The notes under the pieces are model-generated. The model searched no databases and was not told where the DNA came from. It saw only the letters and a program-made list of their open reading frames with translations. Shown one piece after another: positions 12,540 to 25,261 of a DNA stretch of 64,000 nucleotides. Each line of letters opens with the position of its first letter. Within the stretch, counting starts at the first letter, position 1. The stretch is from Raillietiella orientalis (Eukaryota), in NCBI GenBank assembly GCA_036172245.1, contig JAYWIR010000010.1, positions 930,001-994,000 on the forward strand. The letters run 5' to 3'. A program made the translations under genes and the position numbers.

Positions 12540-12870
12540 CCCTACAGCCGCAGAGGGGTTCCCCTCTGCTCAGGAGAGAGAGAGGGGTGTCGTGGATGAC
12601 GGTCCACTTCGATGGGTTCCTGTCGATTAGGGAGATGGGATGCAGTGTTGCTTTTCGGGAAGAGGATGGGAATGAAGGAGGGATGCCCGGCAGGCATTTT
12701 GCCGCCGCGTGACGCTTCCGTCATGGTGCGAGGACCGAGGTCCAAGAAGTTCAGGTGCCGATTCCGAGATCGAAGCTTCTCGATTCCGCTGCCGCAATGG
12801 AGGTCGCTCCCAGGGGACCGCCCACGGGTTGGCCGGACCCGGGTTCGAGTCCGGCCTCAGGCAGGGAGTC
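12540..12870 (-). pseudogene. Possible hAT transposase C-terminal dimerisation-domain vestige
   Basis: Frameshifted minus-strand peptides ANPWAVPW, AAKCLPGIPPS and HPSLSPE resemble the hAT PLxWW..AxKYLxIPAxS..RxxLxP pattern. Confidence 0.35.
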
Positions 12871-14194
12871 AACTCGTCGCGGATAGCATCCATCCCGGGA
12901 TTCCTCTCTGCAGCCGCATCATCCCGAGGGGCGAGCTCCGGTTCCCCCGCTTTCTGCTTCCCTTCTTTCCCCCCTCTTTCGGCGGCCACGCCGCGGTCGT
13001 CGGCGTCGTCCTGGAAGATGCTCCGGTGGGCAAGCATCCCGCCCATGCGCCGCGCCGCGGACGCGGGTGGGTCCGCAGCGAGGGTCCGTCGGGGGCGACC
13101 CGGTAGCGGTCAGCCACCGACCTCCTGCAGCCCGGCGGCCCGAGGACCGGAAGAGTTCGCGAGCGGCGGAAAGTTCGGGCGCAGTGCCGTCCTCCGGAAG
13201 GAGGCGGCCCTAGCGGCGCAGGCGCAGATGCAGGGCAAGGACGGGTGAGGGAAGCAGTGGCTCGGAGTGGTTCGCCATCCGATACCCCATCGCCTGGAAC
13301 CACGCACGCGGCTCTCGGGTGCGAAACCAGGACCGCTCCGCTTCCAGCTCACGAAATCTTGCCTCCCCTCCTCCCCCCTCTCCCCTCCCCCCCTCCCTCT
13401 GGAATGCGGGAGCTCCGCCGGCTGCTGACAGGCGTGAGAAATGGATGAAAATTCTTCTTTGAAATGATCTTCGTTTCTCTGGCGCTCGAAGCGATCCTTC
13501 CCCGCCGCAGCCTCCCGGTTTCGTTCCTTCCTCCGGGATGACGAGGCGAATTCGTTCCCGCTTCGCTTTCTCGATTGCTTCCTTTTTTCGGTTCCAGGTT
13601 CTGCGATCGGGGGAGGGCGATGCGCGCAATGAATCCCGAGAGGCAGTTCGAGCGATCCGTGTAGCCAAGGAATCGATCCGGAGAATCTCTCCGAGCAGCA
13701 GGGGGGTGGCTCGCATCGAATCCGAATCGGATACCAGATGGCACTGGCGCATGTGCACTGGGGAATCTATAAAGGTGGAGTGAGGGCTGTAAAGCGCCAT
13801 CAACTGTTAATGCCATCAGGCTTACAAAGGCTTCCAATTAGACCGGCAGCGTGTAATACTAGCTGATGGCTTGTAAGTGCATTAGAAGCCTCGGTAATTA
13901 CAATTACGCATGTTTTTAAAAGACCCAGTGGCTTCGTCGCCATGGTGATGCGTCTCTGCGAAGTGAGCTCGATGAGTATTTCTCCCGACGTGTGCTACGA
14001 CTGCATGTCGTCACGTGAGAATGTGGAAAACATCCAGAATGCAGTTAAGGGCTCCATCTGTGCCTCCGCGTTCTACGCATGGTGAGCAGCTTAAAACCGG
14101 CCCCTCTCGCTCCGTTTCGCCGCGCAGACGGACGCGAGAAGGGCCGATTTCAAGTAGACCACCGTTTTCTCCTTTTTTTTTTTTTCTTCTTTTT

Positions 14195-14520
14195 TTTAGC
14201 TATTTTTAGATTTGGTATTTTTGGGTTGCATTGTTGGCGGCCATGCTGATCGCGCGCGCGCCCGTCCGCATCCGTGGCCGGGCGTCTTGGAAAGCGGCGC
14301 GGCCGGCCACAGGGAGGGAGCGTCCTCCTCCTCCTCCTCGGGGAGCGAGGGAGGTCCCGGAGGCGGGAGGAGCTGCCCTGGCGACTCCCCGGGGTGCGGG
14401 ACGGCGACGGAGATGCCCGCAGGCCCGAGCCTGGCTTCGCGGCGTGACGTCAGCGCGAGCGGCATGGCGGCCAACGGTGCGATCCCACCCACCCCCTTCT
14501 TCCCGAAACACCGGGAGAGC
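14195..14520. mobile_element. MITE-like repeat family B, copy 1
   Basis: First 76 nt identical to 24930-25005. Internal inverted repeats GCATTGTTGGCGGCCATGC (14228-14246) and GCATGGCGGCCAACGGTGC (14462-14480). Confidence 0.8.
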
Positions 14521-17500
14521 GTCGCCTAGACGCCTGGTCGCGCTCCTCCCCAGAGCCGGACGTGGGACGGGACGCTTCCAGGGCGCTCACCCGGTGCATT
14601 CTCGGTGCTTCGGATGTCCTTGGAGAAAATGATTTCCTCAACACGTCGGACGAAAAAGGCTCGCTGTAGAAAAGCGCGATTGGAGAGACACCGTCCGGCC
14701 AGGTTTCCGGTCCATCAGGAGACCCAGAAGAAGGGGCCTGGAGGTCAGGACGGCGCGTGCTTCTCCGAGTGCGGGTGAACGGAGGGGCTGAGGTCGTCCG
14801 CGGAGTCTCGGCGCGCAGCGAGGCGTGAGCGCAGCGGAAGTCTTCGGACCTGCGGAGAATCTCGGAGGAGCAAGGATGGCTTAAGGACAGGGATGGTTCG
14901 CGAGCAAAGAACCTTTTCTCTTATCCCGCTCGCTCGTGAGCGCGGGAGACAAACCCAACAGCGAGTAATTGGACGATAACTCATCTGCTGCGGAACAACT
15001 GCGCCGGTGGATCTTTGAACACCTGTACCCGTGGAAACACATCCGAGCTTGATGTCTCCCGCCGGTGCTCTCTGCGCTTATCTCTTCGTTCTCCTTAGGT
15101 GTTGAAAAAGAAGAAACGTCGCGTAAACAAAGACGCTCGTTCGGGGTCACAAATTGCAGTTCGCTCCCAGAAGGGGCGCGCCGCGACGCTTCCTCGCAAC
15201 AAAAGCGCGGTTCCCGTCCGTAGGTGACTCGCAAAGCCGGAAAAGGCGGAGGAATCTCTGGGGCGGGAGCCACTTCTATTTATTCCCGCGGCTTTGGCGC
15301 TGCTCTGAAAGAGCGCAGCTGACGTATGCGGAGCGCGAGCCGGGAGCGAATCGAAGAGGCGGGATCGGGAGAGCAAACGGGACGGGAGTCTTCGCGCGGC
15401 CCGTAGCTTTCGGACTGCCTGGTTCCATTGGGATTCATACTCGCGGAAGAGGACCTCAGGGAGGAGAGTCTTCCCGAGGACGACGAGGAGAGCGCGACCG
15501 GCTCGCACGCTTCGCCCCCTCGCGTTTCGGAGGTGCGCATGCTGAGGCGATCGAGAGGTCCCGCACACGTGCGAGACGGCTCCGGCGGAAGCTGGGTTCC
15601 GGGATTCTCCGCTCCCCAGCCGCTTCGCCGCCCCTAAGCAGAGGCGGAAGTTTCCCTCGACGGGAGCAGGAAAGAAGCCAAACGAGAAATCGGGTCCGAG
15701 CAAACAAACGCGAGAGCCCCGCAAGCACGCGGCGACGGGCAGGCAGGAGGAATTCTTCCCGAATGGTTCCGCCGGAATTGCCTCCGCTCCAGTGGAGGGG
15801 GCGACTGCGCAAAGGCCGCCGCCTCCGCCCCCCACACTCTCTCTCCTCTCTTGCGTCTCGAGATGGCACTCATCGAGCTCGGCGCCTCTGACGGAATTTT
15901 TTTTCTTTCCCGCTCAAGGAAACTGGCGCGCAGGAGGGCGCCAGTGGGTCCGCGCGCACGCGACGCAAGCGATCCTGGAAGCGCGAGGCGGTGAATCAGA
16001 TTGGTCGCCGGTGGCAACGGTTTTTTGCTTCTTGCTTGCGCCCGGGAACGAATCCCGTGCTCCGCGGGGCTCTCTTCTGGGTGCGGAAGCTCGAGTGGTC
16101 TCCACGGAGGACTTCCAGCTGACAAGCAGACGAGGACCAGGCAGGCCTTCTTGGGGGGATCCTGCAAGAATGACGCGGGGGGAGGAGCTCCCGAGTCGCC
16201 TTCGGAGCGATCGGTGCCGCGCCGCAGTGGGGCGGGCGGCTGGCGACTTCGCGTTTTCCCGGGAGTCCGCCGACCAAGCAACCGCCGGAGGGACTCTGCA
16301 ACTGAGCCCGAAAGGGGTCTCCGCCCATCCCCCCCTCCCTTTCTTTCGCGCGAACGGCTGCGGACCCTCGCGTCTGGAAAGGAAAGGAGTGAAGTAGGTC
16401 AGTGTTGCCAGTGCGTCAGCAATCGTAAAAACCTGCTAATTAATAAAAGAAATTTTTTTTTCGATTGCATTTGCGTTTCGGAGGCAGCATGCAACAGTCG
16501 GTAGCGTTAACGAGCCTCTCGCTGCCTGCATGCCTTCCAGCCCCAGCTGTTCGCATTCGTACCTTCGAGTCCGCGTAGGGTTATCTCCATAGAAACCGAA
16601 TTTGTTTTGTGGAAGTTGTTTGCCAAAGCGGTTCCTGTGACGATGCTCATGTGAAACACCATTACTTAACGAAACGTGGTGTCCTCCCCTGTTCACTTTT
16701 TATTGCCGAGGATTTTCGCTTTGGCGTCCTCCCAGGGTACGCAAACGCAGGCGGACACGTGACGTTATTCTTCTCGGAACAGCGGTGAAACTTGCAAGGA
16801 ACCTCGGAGAGAGAGCGAGGGAGAGAACGGAATTTTTTTTTTCGTTTTTTCCAAAAAGAAAAAAAAAAGGCCAAGCAAGTGAAATCGCAGCGGCAAGACA
16901 GCCAAATTCAAGCAGGTAGCAGACGATGATGGCCTCAAGCCGAAGACGAACGAAGCGAAAGACGGCTGTTTCTTTCGCTTTTCCTCGCTCCAATCACACC
17001 GAACTGCTTCAAGACCGGCGTTCATCCAGAAAGTCCCACCGCCTCGCGAAAGAGAGGTCACCGTGGGGCGTTTCTTCTTTTTCGTTTTATATGTGTGCGC
17101 GTTTGAAAACAAACAAACAGACACACGAAAAGCAGCAGAGTTCCTCGCTGCGAAGCGTACGAAAAGAAAAGAGCGAGAAAGAAGTCGGCCAGGACTCGCG
17201 GACTCGCAGGTGGGCCGTAGGCCGAACGCCACCGGGAAGGTGTCTCCTTGCCAACGCGCAGCGAAGCTGCACTCTTCCGTGATGCGGAGCGCCGCGACGG
17301 CCCCGACACGCAGGTCTCGCACCATCCTCGCGAGAGAGGAGCTCCTGGAAATACGAGCGCCTGCCACGCGAGTGGGCGCAACTTATCTCTGGGCTCAAAT
17401 GCAGGGGAAAGGAGAAGTCCGGGGATGGCGACCCCCGATGCGAGCCGAAAGAGCAGCGGCTCCGCTGGACCTCAGTTGATCCCAAGGACGCATGGGCAGC

Positions 17501-19149
17501 CGACGCGTCGGACGCGCGGCCGCTCTCCGGGACAGCCACGGAGCATGCGCGGGGAAGGCTAGATGCGATCCAGCAGCAGGCGTCGCCAGGGGGACGCCGG
17601 GCACGCGCTCCCGCGGTGGCACAGGAGCGGACTTGGAGATGCAAAGGGCCACGAGAAATCCCGAAAGAGGTTCGGGCCGGCTTCTGGCCATTTGATTGAC
17701 TTGTCCTGGGCGCGTGCCGGCACGGAAGCGGTGCAATGGGCTCTCCGAAGGTCTCCTCCGTGGCTGCCGCGAGGGGCGCGGAGGGACGCGTAACCGAGGC
17801 GATGCTTCTCTTGCGTCCGGAGTCCCTGTGTCCACCGGGTGGGACTGCACAGGGAAGACATGCAGCCGCGGGATGCAGCGAGGGCAGCAGCAGAGGCGTG
17901 GTGAGCATCGGGTGGCATTCGGTCACCTTGGAAGCTGCGGCTCTTCGAGTCACGCGCAGACGGAACGGACCGGGCGCTACCAGCATCAGCCAGTCGAGGT
18001 GCGTCGGGTGTTCCTCACCGGACTTTCTCGTCGAGAACGGGAAGGCGCGGAGGATGCTACCCTCCGGGAGCAGCCGAGGAAGGTGGGAACCCCTGGGCTT
18101 CCCGTCCCGCTTTTTCCCAGGCGGCGCGAGGGTGAGATGCGAGGTAACCACCGGCGAAGGGTCCTTCGGGGGAAGCAGCCAGCGACTTCAAGAACAAAGC
18201 TGGAGGGAAGAAAGTGAAAACAAGGCATCCTCTCCCTCTCCCGCTTCCCGGACCGCGGTCGGGGCAAGGCCGAACGAGAGACCTTCGGATTGGCTTTTCC
18301 GGAATGCGCTGCAAGCGTGCCGTCCCGGATCCGTCGGGGGAAAAACAGGCGCGGAGCGTCTCTCGCGCGGAGGAAGGGGAGGGGGGGGGGAGGAAGGAGA
18401 ACGGATGCGTTCCCCTGCCCCCACGACAGGCCATCCAGCCCAATTAATGGGAAGCAGGGACGCGTTTCCCGGTTCGCCGTGCGCTCAAAGCCCGAGCCGG
18501 CTAATGAACGGTTTGCTCCCTGGATGGTCCATTTCCGAGATTCGCTTCCGCAGCGCATCCTGCCGCGGGGGAGGGACGCGCCATTTTTTACCCCGGAGCG
18601 TGCGATCCGGTCGCTTCCGAGCAGCACTCCGTGTCTGCGAGCGGCGGCGTCCTTTGACCGGGCCGGGAAGGCAGCCGTGTTCGCTTCCCTGTTTGCTTTT
18701 ACGCGCCGTGTGTTTTCCTTGTTTAAGAAAGAGGGATCGGTTTCCCCGGTTGAATCCTTAAAGGACGTTACACTTTGCGCGTCATTAAAGAGGAGGGAGG
18801 AATTCCGCTGATCAAGGACGCCGCCGCTGCAACTTTGTCAGCCCGGCTCCTCTCCGAACGGATATTTATTTATTTATTGTTCTTTCTGGAGTATCTGTGA
18901 AAGAGTCGCGTCTCGTAGCGCGCGGGCGTCGTCGTTAAGGGAGGGGGCGCACGCGAGGGAAAAGCCACACCACCATCCCGAGGCAGAAGGGGGCGCTCGC
19001 GCTGCGCCGCGTTTCTTTCTTCCCTGCTCCTTCGCGGCTGGGAGGCCGGCCAGGGCTGCCCCTCTCCCACGCTAGGAAGTGTCCGCGAAGTACGGCGCCA
19101 TGCAGCACCAAGTTTCTCTTTCCTCCGAGAAGCACGAGAGGGGGGAAAG

Positions 19150-19692
19150 GTCCGTGATGGCAGCCGTGGGACTGCGGAGGGCTCCGTGCGCGTCACCAGG
19201 CGTCATGGGTTCGAATCCCACCGGGGAAGAACGGGCGCCGAGCAGTGGAGGGCGCGTCGTGCGTATCGAGTGCCCTCCGCAGGATGACTCTGGTTGACCC
19301 ACGGGTTTCGGGTGCAGTACCGGTGGAAACCAGATGTCCCCTCTGATTGGAGAGGATTGTCCTCCGGGGTCCTTCAAGGAACCAAGGAGTCCTTCGGTTG
19401 TGAAAAAGGAGTCATCCTCTCCGGCGAGAGAGACCTCCATTCTCTACCGTGGAGCTGGTGGATCTCTACCTGTCCAGAGTGTCCAAGAAGTCCGCTGCTC
19501 TCTTCGTGGAGCGACCCTTCAGGACAGTCGGGAAGCGTCCCTTCGGAGTTCTCTTCAGAGTGGAAAACGAGGAGCGGATCCTTTCCGGTGGGTTCCTCCG
19601 GAGAGAACAAGGAAGAGGTGGTTCCCTTGGGAGACAACCTGGATTCTCAGGGTGGTCCCTACGGGGTCCCACCCTTTAACTCGAAGAGCTAC
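19150..19692 (+). mobile_element. tRNA-derived SINE family A, copy 3
   Basis: A-box-like TGGCAGCCGTGG (~19158), B box GGTTCGAATCC (19208-19218), core CTGGTTGACCCACGGGTTTCGGGTGCAG, tail CCCTTTAACTCGAAGAGCTAC. Confidence 0.82.
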
Positions 19693-20949
19693 GCGCACCC
19701 CGGATGACGTGGACAGCATCAAAGGGATTCGTGATTCCTCTCTACGGAGACGAATGTATTTTCAGCACTCCTTGAGAACCAAAAAGAAAAAAAAAAAAAA
19801 GCTGGAAGAAAAGCAGTAATGGCAGAAGAACCCGAAAGGTTTCCCATCATCCTTTTTCTTTCCTTTTTCTTCTACGTGTTTTTTCACAAAAAAAAAACGT
19901 AGAAGGAAACTGAAAACAAAGGAGGGAGGCGGAGTTGCAACCGCTGTTTTTCCTTGTTTTCCTTTTGTGCCAGGTTGTGACGGAATTCCCGGGCATTCCA
20001 CGGGACGCGCGCGCGCTTTTTTCTTTTCTCCTTTCGTTTGTTTGCTTGTTGGGTGCGAGGAGGCGCCTCCGGGATCCCTCCTGGTTTCGGGGAGGAGGGG
20101 GGGAACCGTCCCAAGTCTCCAGTCCGAGGAGCGTCGGCGTCGGGGTCGACCGGGTTGGGGAGCGGCGCGCGCCGTTGCGGTGGAGGAGCGGCCGAGAGCT
20201 CTTCTCCTTCTGCCTGCAAAACCGGCGGCGATCCCCGGCAACCCCATGCGACCGTCCGCCATTGCAGTGGTGCGCGCGCGCGGTGTGTTTATCCATCACG
20301 CCGATTCGGAGCCGCAATTAAGCCTAATTAATGCATCCGAAGGAGCCAATTTCAGGAGCTCCCTTCGGGGAAGAGCGAGGACGAGTAAATAATTGAGCGC
20401 ATGAAGAGGAGATGCGCCGTCGCTGGGAAACGCGCGTAACGCCGCCGCCGCCGAGGGAAGAGCACCTGGAGGAGACGTGTTTTTTTCCGCGCCCGCTTCC
20501 CGTCCTGGAGACGGGAACGCATTTGCTCCTCGAGCTCAGGTGACTGCGTTTCCCGCTTCATTATGAGCAAACAGCGCCCCGATGGTCGGGCGATGAGCGC
20601 TCGGGAATGAAGAAGCGACCTCCGAAAGAGAAAGTCGTTGCCTTGGCTTCCCTGGAAGCGCGCGCGCGCGCTCCCCGGTCGTTCCAAGCAGGCGACCGTG
20701 AGAGGGAGCGGCGCCGGCGATAACGTCGCAGCTCCTTTTGATCCACTCGCCAACATCCTCCTCCCGCAGGAAGGGAGGTGGAGAAACCGAAAGCGAGCCG
20801 GTAATCACCCGGACGAAAGATGCAGGGCGGGGAAGGAGGCGCAAGCAGAAACGACTCACTCCGGCGAGACGACGCGAGGCGGAAGCCGTCGGAATCCGCG
20901 GGGGCTCGGACGGCCGGGTAGCGGTGGGTTCGTCATCCGAGCCGAGATT

Positions 20950-22450
20950 CGGCTGCGGCGTGGAGAACTCTGGGTCTTTGTCCACCGTCCGCTCTCTTCG
21001 TTCCTCCTAAGCGGACGGGGGTAGGCTTCCCTCTCCAAGGTCCGGCGAAGGAGTGGGAGTAGCCGAAAAGCGCATCTTGGCTCGAGAGCCACCTCTCTTT
21101 CAATAGGCGGACCATCTCGCCCTCCTGCAGAGGCGCCATCCTGCTTCTCGGCGCCCGAGGACACCAATTTCCATCCCGATAGGACCACCAGGTCCTTTCG
21201 CGTCCCGCACACGAAAATCGGCCAGCACGCCTCGCTCGCGAGTCGCCAGAATCCCTCCAGGGCTCGATGCTCGTCGTCCAGGTCGATTCGCCCGCCCGCT
21301 GATTCTCTCGAACGTCGGTCAGCCACCTCCACACGCGCACGTTCTTCTAGGGATTTTAGCAGCTCCCCTTTCCAAGTTTCCAGCCAGCAGTGATCACGCC
21401 TCAGCTTCCGTCCTGAGGTCAGGATGCTCCCAAAGGGAGCACACGGCAGAAGGGATAAGCCGCATCACTTCGGCGCTCCAGATGAATGCAGGCGAGGATT
21501 GAAAAGGGGAAAGAGAGAGAGGGGGAGGGGAGAGGAATCCGCTGGTTCTGATGCTGCGAGCAGGGACGTCGGCAACAACTGGGACGAGAAAACGCCCCGA
21601 ATGCTTCGCGCTGATTCTCGACGCTTTTGAACAAACGTGTGATGGATGGATGAAAGGAGCAGAATGAGGATCCAAAGAGAAGAATGTCCCTGAAGCGAGG
21701 CTCCCACAAATTGCAAACGTCCAGTGGATGGACGCGCCGACAGCCGTGAAGAATTCAACCAACGGCCGGGAGACACAGACGTTCGCATTCCGTCTGAGGA
21801 AAGGCCCGTTGGCCAAGGCGCAAAACAAAGACATCAGCAAAACTGGATCATGAACCATGAGAGGAATGGCAACAGCGGCAGGAGGGAAGAGATTTTGGGG
21901 ACGAGGGGCTCTGAGTTCGGCGGTGACTACAGGCTGGATGGAGTTCACTCAAAGCCACCTTCAGTGAACGAGCAAGTGCTGCTTCTCGAGTGCCTGCGAG
22001 GTGAAAGACAGTTCGACCACTCCGAGGAATTCGCAGCAGACTGGTCAGCAACGGAAGCACCAGGCGATTCTTTCTTACAAGCACCAGGGAAAGGTTGCGG
22101 AGCTGCAGTGGATCTTTGGACGGAGCACAGAAGAACTGCGGCGCTGGTGGGGGGGCAGTTGCTAGCTCCTGCAGGTCGAAAGAATCAGCGTCTCCAGAGT
22201 TGGAAACTCGAGGGCAAAATCCACGGGACCACAAACCAGTGAGGTGAAATCGGAAGGGAACGGGCAAAGGATTGTCAGAGATGAAGAGAAGGCAGTAAGC
22301 GTCTTGGAGGCACCAACTCGAAGCTTTGCCGCAGACACACTCGAAGGAAGCAAACAACAGCAGCACGGAACGCAGCAGCCACACACTTTCCATGGCAACG
22401 GAGGAAGCCTCGAAACGCTGAGAATTTTCCAGGTCTACAGCCTTTTGAAG
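20950..22450 (-). pseudogene. L1/Tx1-like LINE remnant (RT domains 5-7 and downstream)
   Basis: Minus-strand FASFECVCGK, HLTGLW, PKIHC, SGRT..EGGF appear in the expected Tx1 order. Many disruptions. Confidence 0.45.
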
Positions 22451-22804
22451 ACCGCAGTGTGACTAAGAGAGAGGTCCCACTCGCGGGAACGGACTTCGGG
22501 TGCCTGGAAACCGGGACTTTCATGACGAAGACCCACTCACTTGGTCTGCTTCACACCCTTACCGCGATGCTCGGAATGCAAGTCGGCCGTCTGGAGGATG
22601 CTGGACATGCCCTCACATCAGCAGTGGCAGTAGCAGCTGCGCGTGCGCGCGGCGGTGCTGGAGAGGCGAAAGCAGCGCACCGCTAACAAGGAAGGTGGCC
22701 TGGAGACGCGATTTCCCGAAACACAAAAGCCTCGCCTCTGATGACGTCACACACCCGATCGCGCGTCGGCGTCCGCGGGTTCGCACGGCGTGGTCCCCGA
22801 GGCC

Positions 22805-23000
22805 CCTACAGGCGGCTACAAGCGCTCGCTGAAATCGGAATGGTGGGAGTTGGGATCAAGGATGTGCGAGGCAAGCAGAGACCACCACGACGAGTAGATT
22901 TGGATGAGCAGGGTGAGACCTGTGGATCCCCGTGAACGCGACCGAGTGGTCTGACCGTAGGTTCACCGGGATCAGCCGAAGGGTGATGGCACACCTTCCA
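22805..23000 (+). mobile_element. Possible 5S rRNA-derived (SINE3-like) remnant
   Basis: AGTAGATTTGGATGAGCAGGGTGAGACC (22893-22920) resembles the 5S internal promoter AGTACTTGGATGGGTGACC with small insertions, preceded by GGCAAGCAG (box A-like). Confidence 0.25.
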
Positions 23001-24189
23001 TTTCGGATCAGCATTGGTGCCCCTTCCCTCTACCCTCCGATTGGCGAGGAACTGGTCAGCTGCGATTTCCCCTTCCGAGCAGCGGGATGACCTTGCTCGA
23101 GGGCGCGAGTGCGGCGACCTCCCTCCTTGCTACCCCTCGTTCGCTTCAGTCGCCGGCTTCCACCTCGAGATTTCCCATGGAGCCCCGCGCTGCTGCTGCG
23201 AAGGGCGGTTGCTGCTCACGGGGACCACCAACGTGTGGTCCAGAATCATCGGTTTCTTCGCTCTTCTCTTTCAGCAACAGGGGAGGACGACGAAGGGTCC
23301 GTTCCGGCCGCCGGTCGACGCGGGCATGCGGGGTCGTGGGCGCGAGCGGGGGTCCTACTGGTGGGAGCGCGAAGCTCGGTGGTCATTCCGGCGCCATCTT
23401 GCTGGGGGTATGGCTAACCCAATGCCCTCGGATGCGTCTTCACCGCACGGGGGAACCCGGCTCTCCTCTCGCGAAGGCGCCCCGACGCTCACACCGCGTT
23501 CTTGGATTCCCCTTGGGATCTGCTCGCGTGAGGTCGGTCCGCCATCTTGTTTCCGCTGGCGCCGAAGACCCTGAGAGCTCGCGGAGGAACCGCAGAGGTG
23601 CCTTGCTGACCAGCCCGCCGTGGACTCCTGGCCGGTGGCGCGGAGCAACACGCGGACTTTGTTTTTGCGTATGTTTGGGAAGCGCAGCGATTCGAGGGGC
23701 AGGCTAGCTGGTCGGGTGGTGCCCCTCGGCGTCTCGAGTGGACGACCACCCTCGGAGCTCCCGGCACGTCGGTGCGCGCCCTCTCGGAGGGAAGGCAACG
23801 CCTCCGCTGCGCCTTTGGCGTTCCTTCCCCGCCTCCACCAAGAGCTCGAGTCGGCGCCCCGTTCTGCTCGACCGGATGCCCCGGGCGCCTCCAGCGGTCC
23901 AGTTGTCTTCGCTCCCGCCGGACTTCTCGGAGGACCACACCCAGCGGCTCGCCTCCGGCGTCCCGCCGTGCGGAACCCCACGAAGAGGAACCGGCAGCGA
24001 GCAAGCGAAGGAGTTGGTGCTTGAGCGCGCGAAACTCGCTCGTTCAGATGAGTTCTGGTAAGCCTGAAGGAGGAGGGGGGAGGGGAAGGAAGGAGGGTCG
24101 GCTGCGGCCGAGATTACGAAATGGCAACGGACTCCTTGGACCAAAACAGGCAAGCAGTCTGGTGAGGGCGAAGGGCCGTCCTCACCTGC

Positions 24190-24420
24190 AAGAAACGACC
24201 CTCAACCCCGACCTCCATGCAGGATCGCACGGACCTGCGCGCCTCGAATCGTCTGGCCTTGGCGAAGAAGAGCTCGGGAGGCTTCCGTCCGGGAGCCGCG
24301 CTCGAAAGCGCAGCCGCCGTGTTTCCCAACGAGGAAGATCCTCCCGTGGAACCCCCCCCCTCCCCCGGCCTTTCGCGATCCGGGGGAATCCCTTGCCACC
24401 CCTTGCGCAGCCCGCGGACG
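24190..24420 (-). pseudogene. Possible second hAT dimerisation-domain vestige
   Basis: Minus-strand AALSSAAPGRKPPELFFAKARRFEARRSVRSCM loosely resembles LxxPxSxAxxERxFSxxxxxKTxxRxxM. Confidence 0.2.
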
Positions 24421-24929
24421 AGGGCAAGGTGGGGGGGTCTCCACACCCGAGAAACCGCCTGAGACGGCTGCGCTCACGAAGCGTCCGCATGAGGCAGCGT
24501 GCCAGAACGAGACGAGAACGGGAAACCCCGGGAAGAGGCGGTCGGGTCGGCGGTCGCCTCGATCCCGGTGCTGCTGCCCTTCACGGCGGGCAGTCGCGTT
24601 TCGGGACCGCGGAAACGGCCCGCGCCCTCGGCTTAGAACCGACGACCGCCGCTTCCACGTCTACGTCGCGAGCTGCTGGACTTCTTTAGGCGGGAACCAC
24701 GAAGGTCACTTTGCGAAGAAGGCGGGAACCCTCACCAACCTGTTTCCTCCGATTTCGCGCTTACTTCCACGGGACCCTCTTCCACACTGGAAGAAAAACC
24801 AAGGCAACGCTTCAAGAAACAGATGCACTGATGCTGGACCATGCGTTCGTGCAGTCGCGTGGCCGAGTAACCAACATCACACGTTGAGAGTGGAAACGGC
24901 TCCAAGTCGACCGCCGCGCGCTTCCTTTG

Positions 24930-25261
24930 TTTAGCTATTTTTAGATTTGGTATTTTTGGGTTGCATTGTTGGCGGCCATGCTGATCGCGCGCGCGCCCGT
25001 CCGCAGCCGTGGCCGGGCGTCTTGGAAAGCGGCGGGGCCGGCCACCGTGAGGGAGTGTCCTCCTCCTCCCCCTGCTCCTCCTCGGGGAGCGAGGGAGGGC
25101 AGCTACTCCCGCCCTGCCTCCCTGGCGATTCCCCAATGTGCGCGACGGCAACGGAGATGCCCGCAGGCCCGAGCCTGGCTTCGCAGCGTGACGTCAGCGC
25201 GAGCGGCATGGCGGCCAACAGTGCTTTCCCCCCCATCCCCCCAAAAAAACACCTGGAGAGC
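24930..25261. mobile_element. MITE-like repeat family B, copy 2
   Basis: Direct copy of 14195-14520. Inverted repeats at 24963-24981 and 25206-25224 match at 17/19. A third right-end motif GCATGGCGGCCAACA lies at 25771-25785. Confidence 0.8.

Noticed and set aside
19150..19230. Functional tRNA gene
   Set aside because: No proper cloverleaf; it continues into a shared SINE body.
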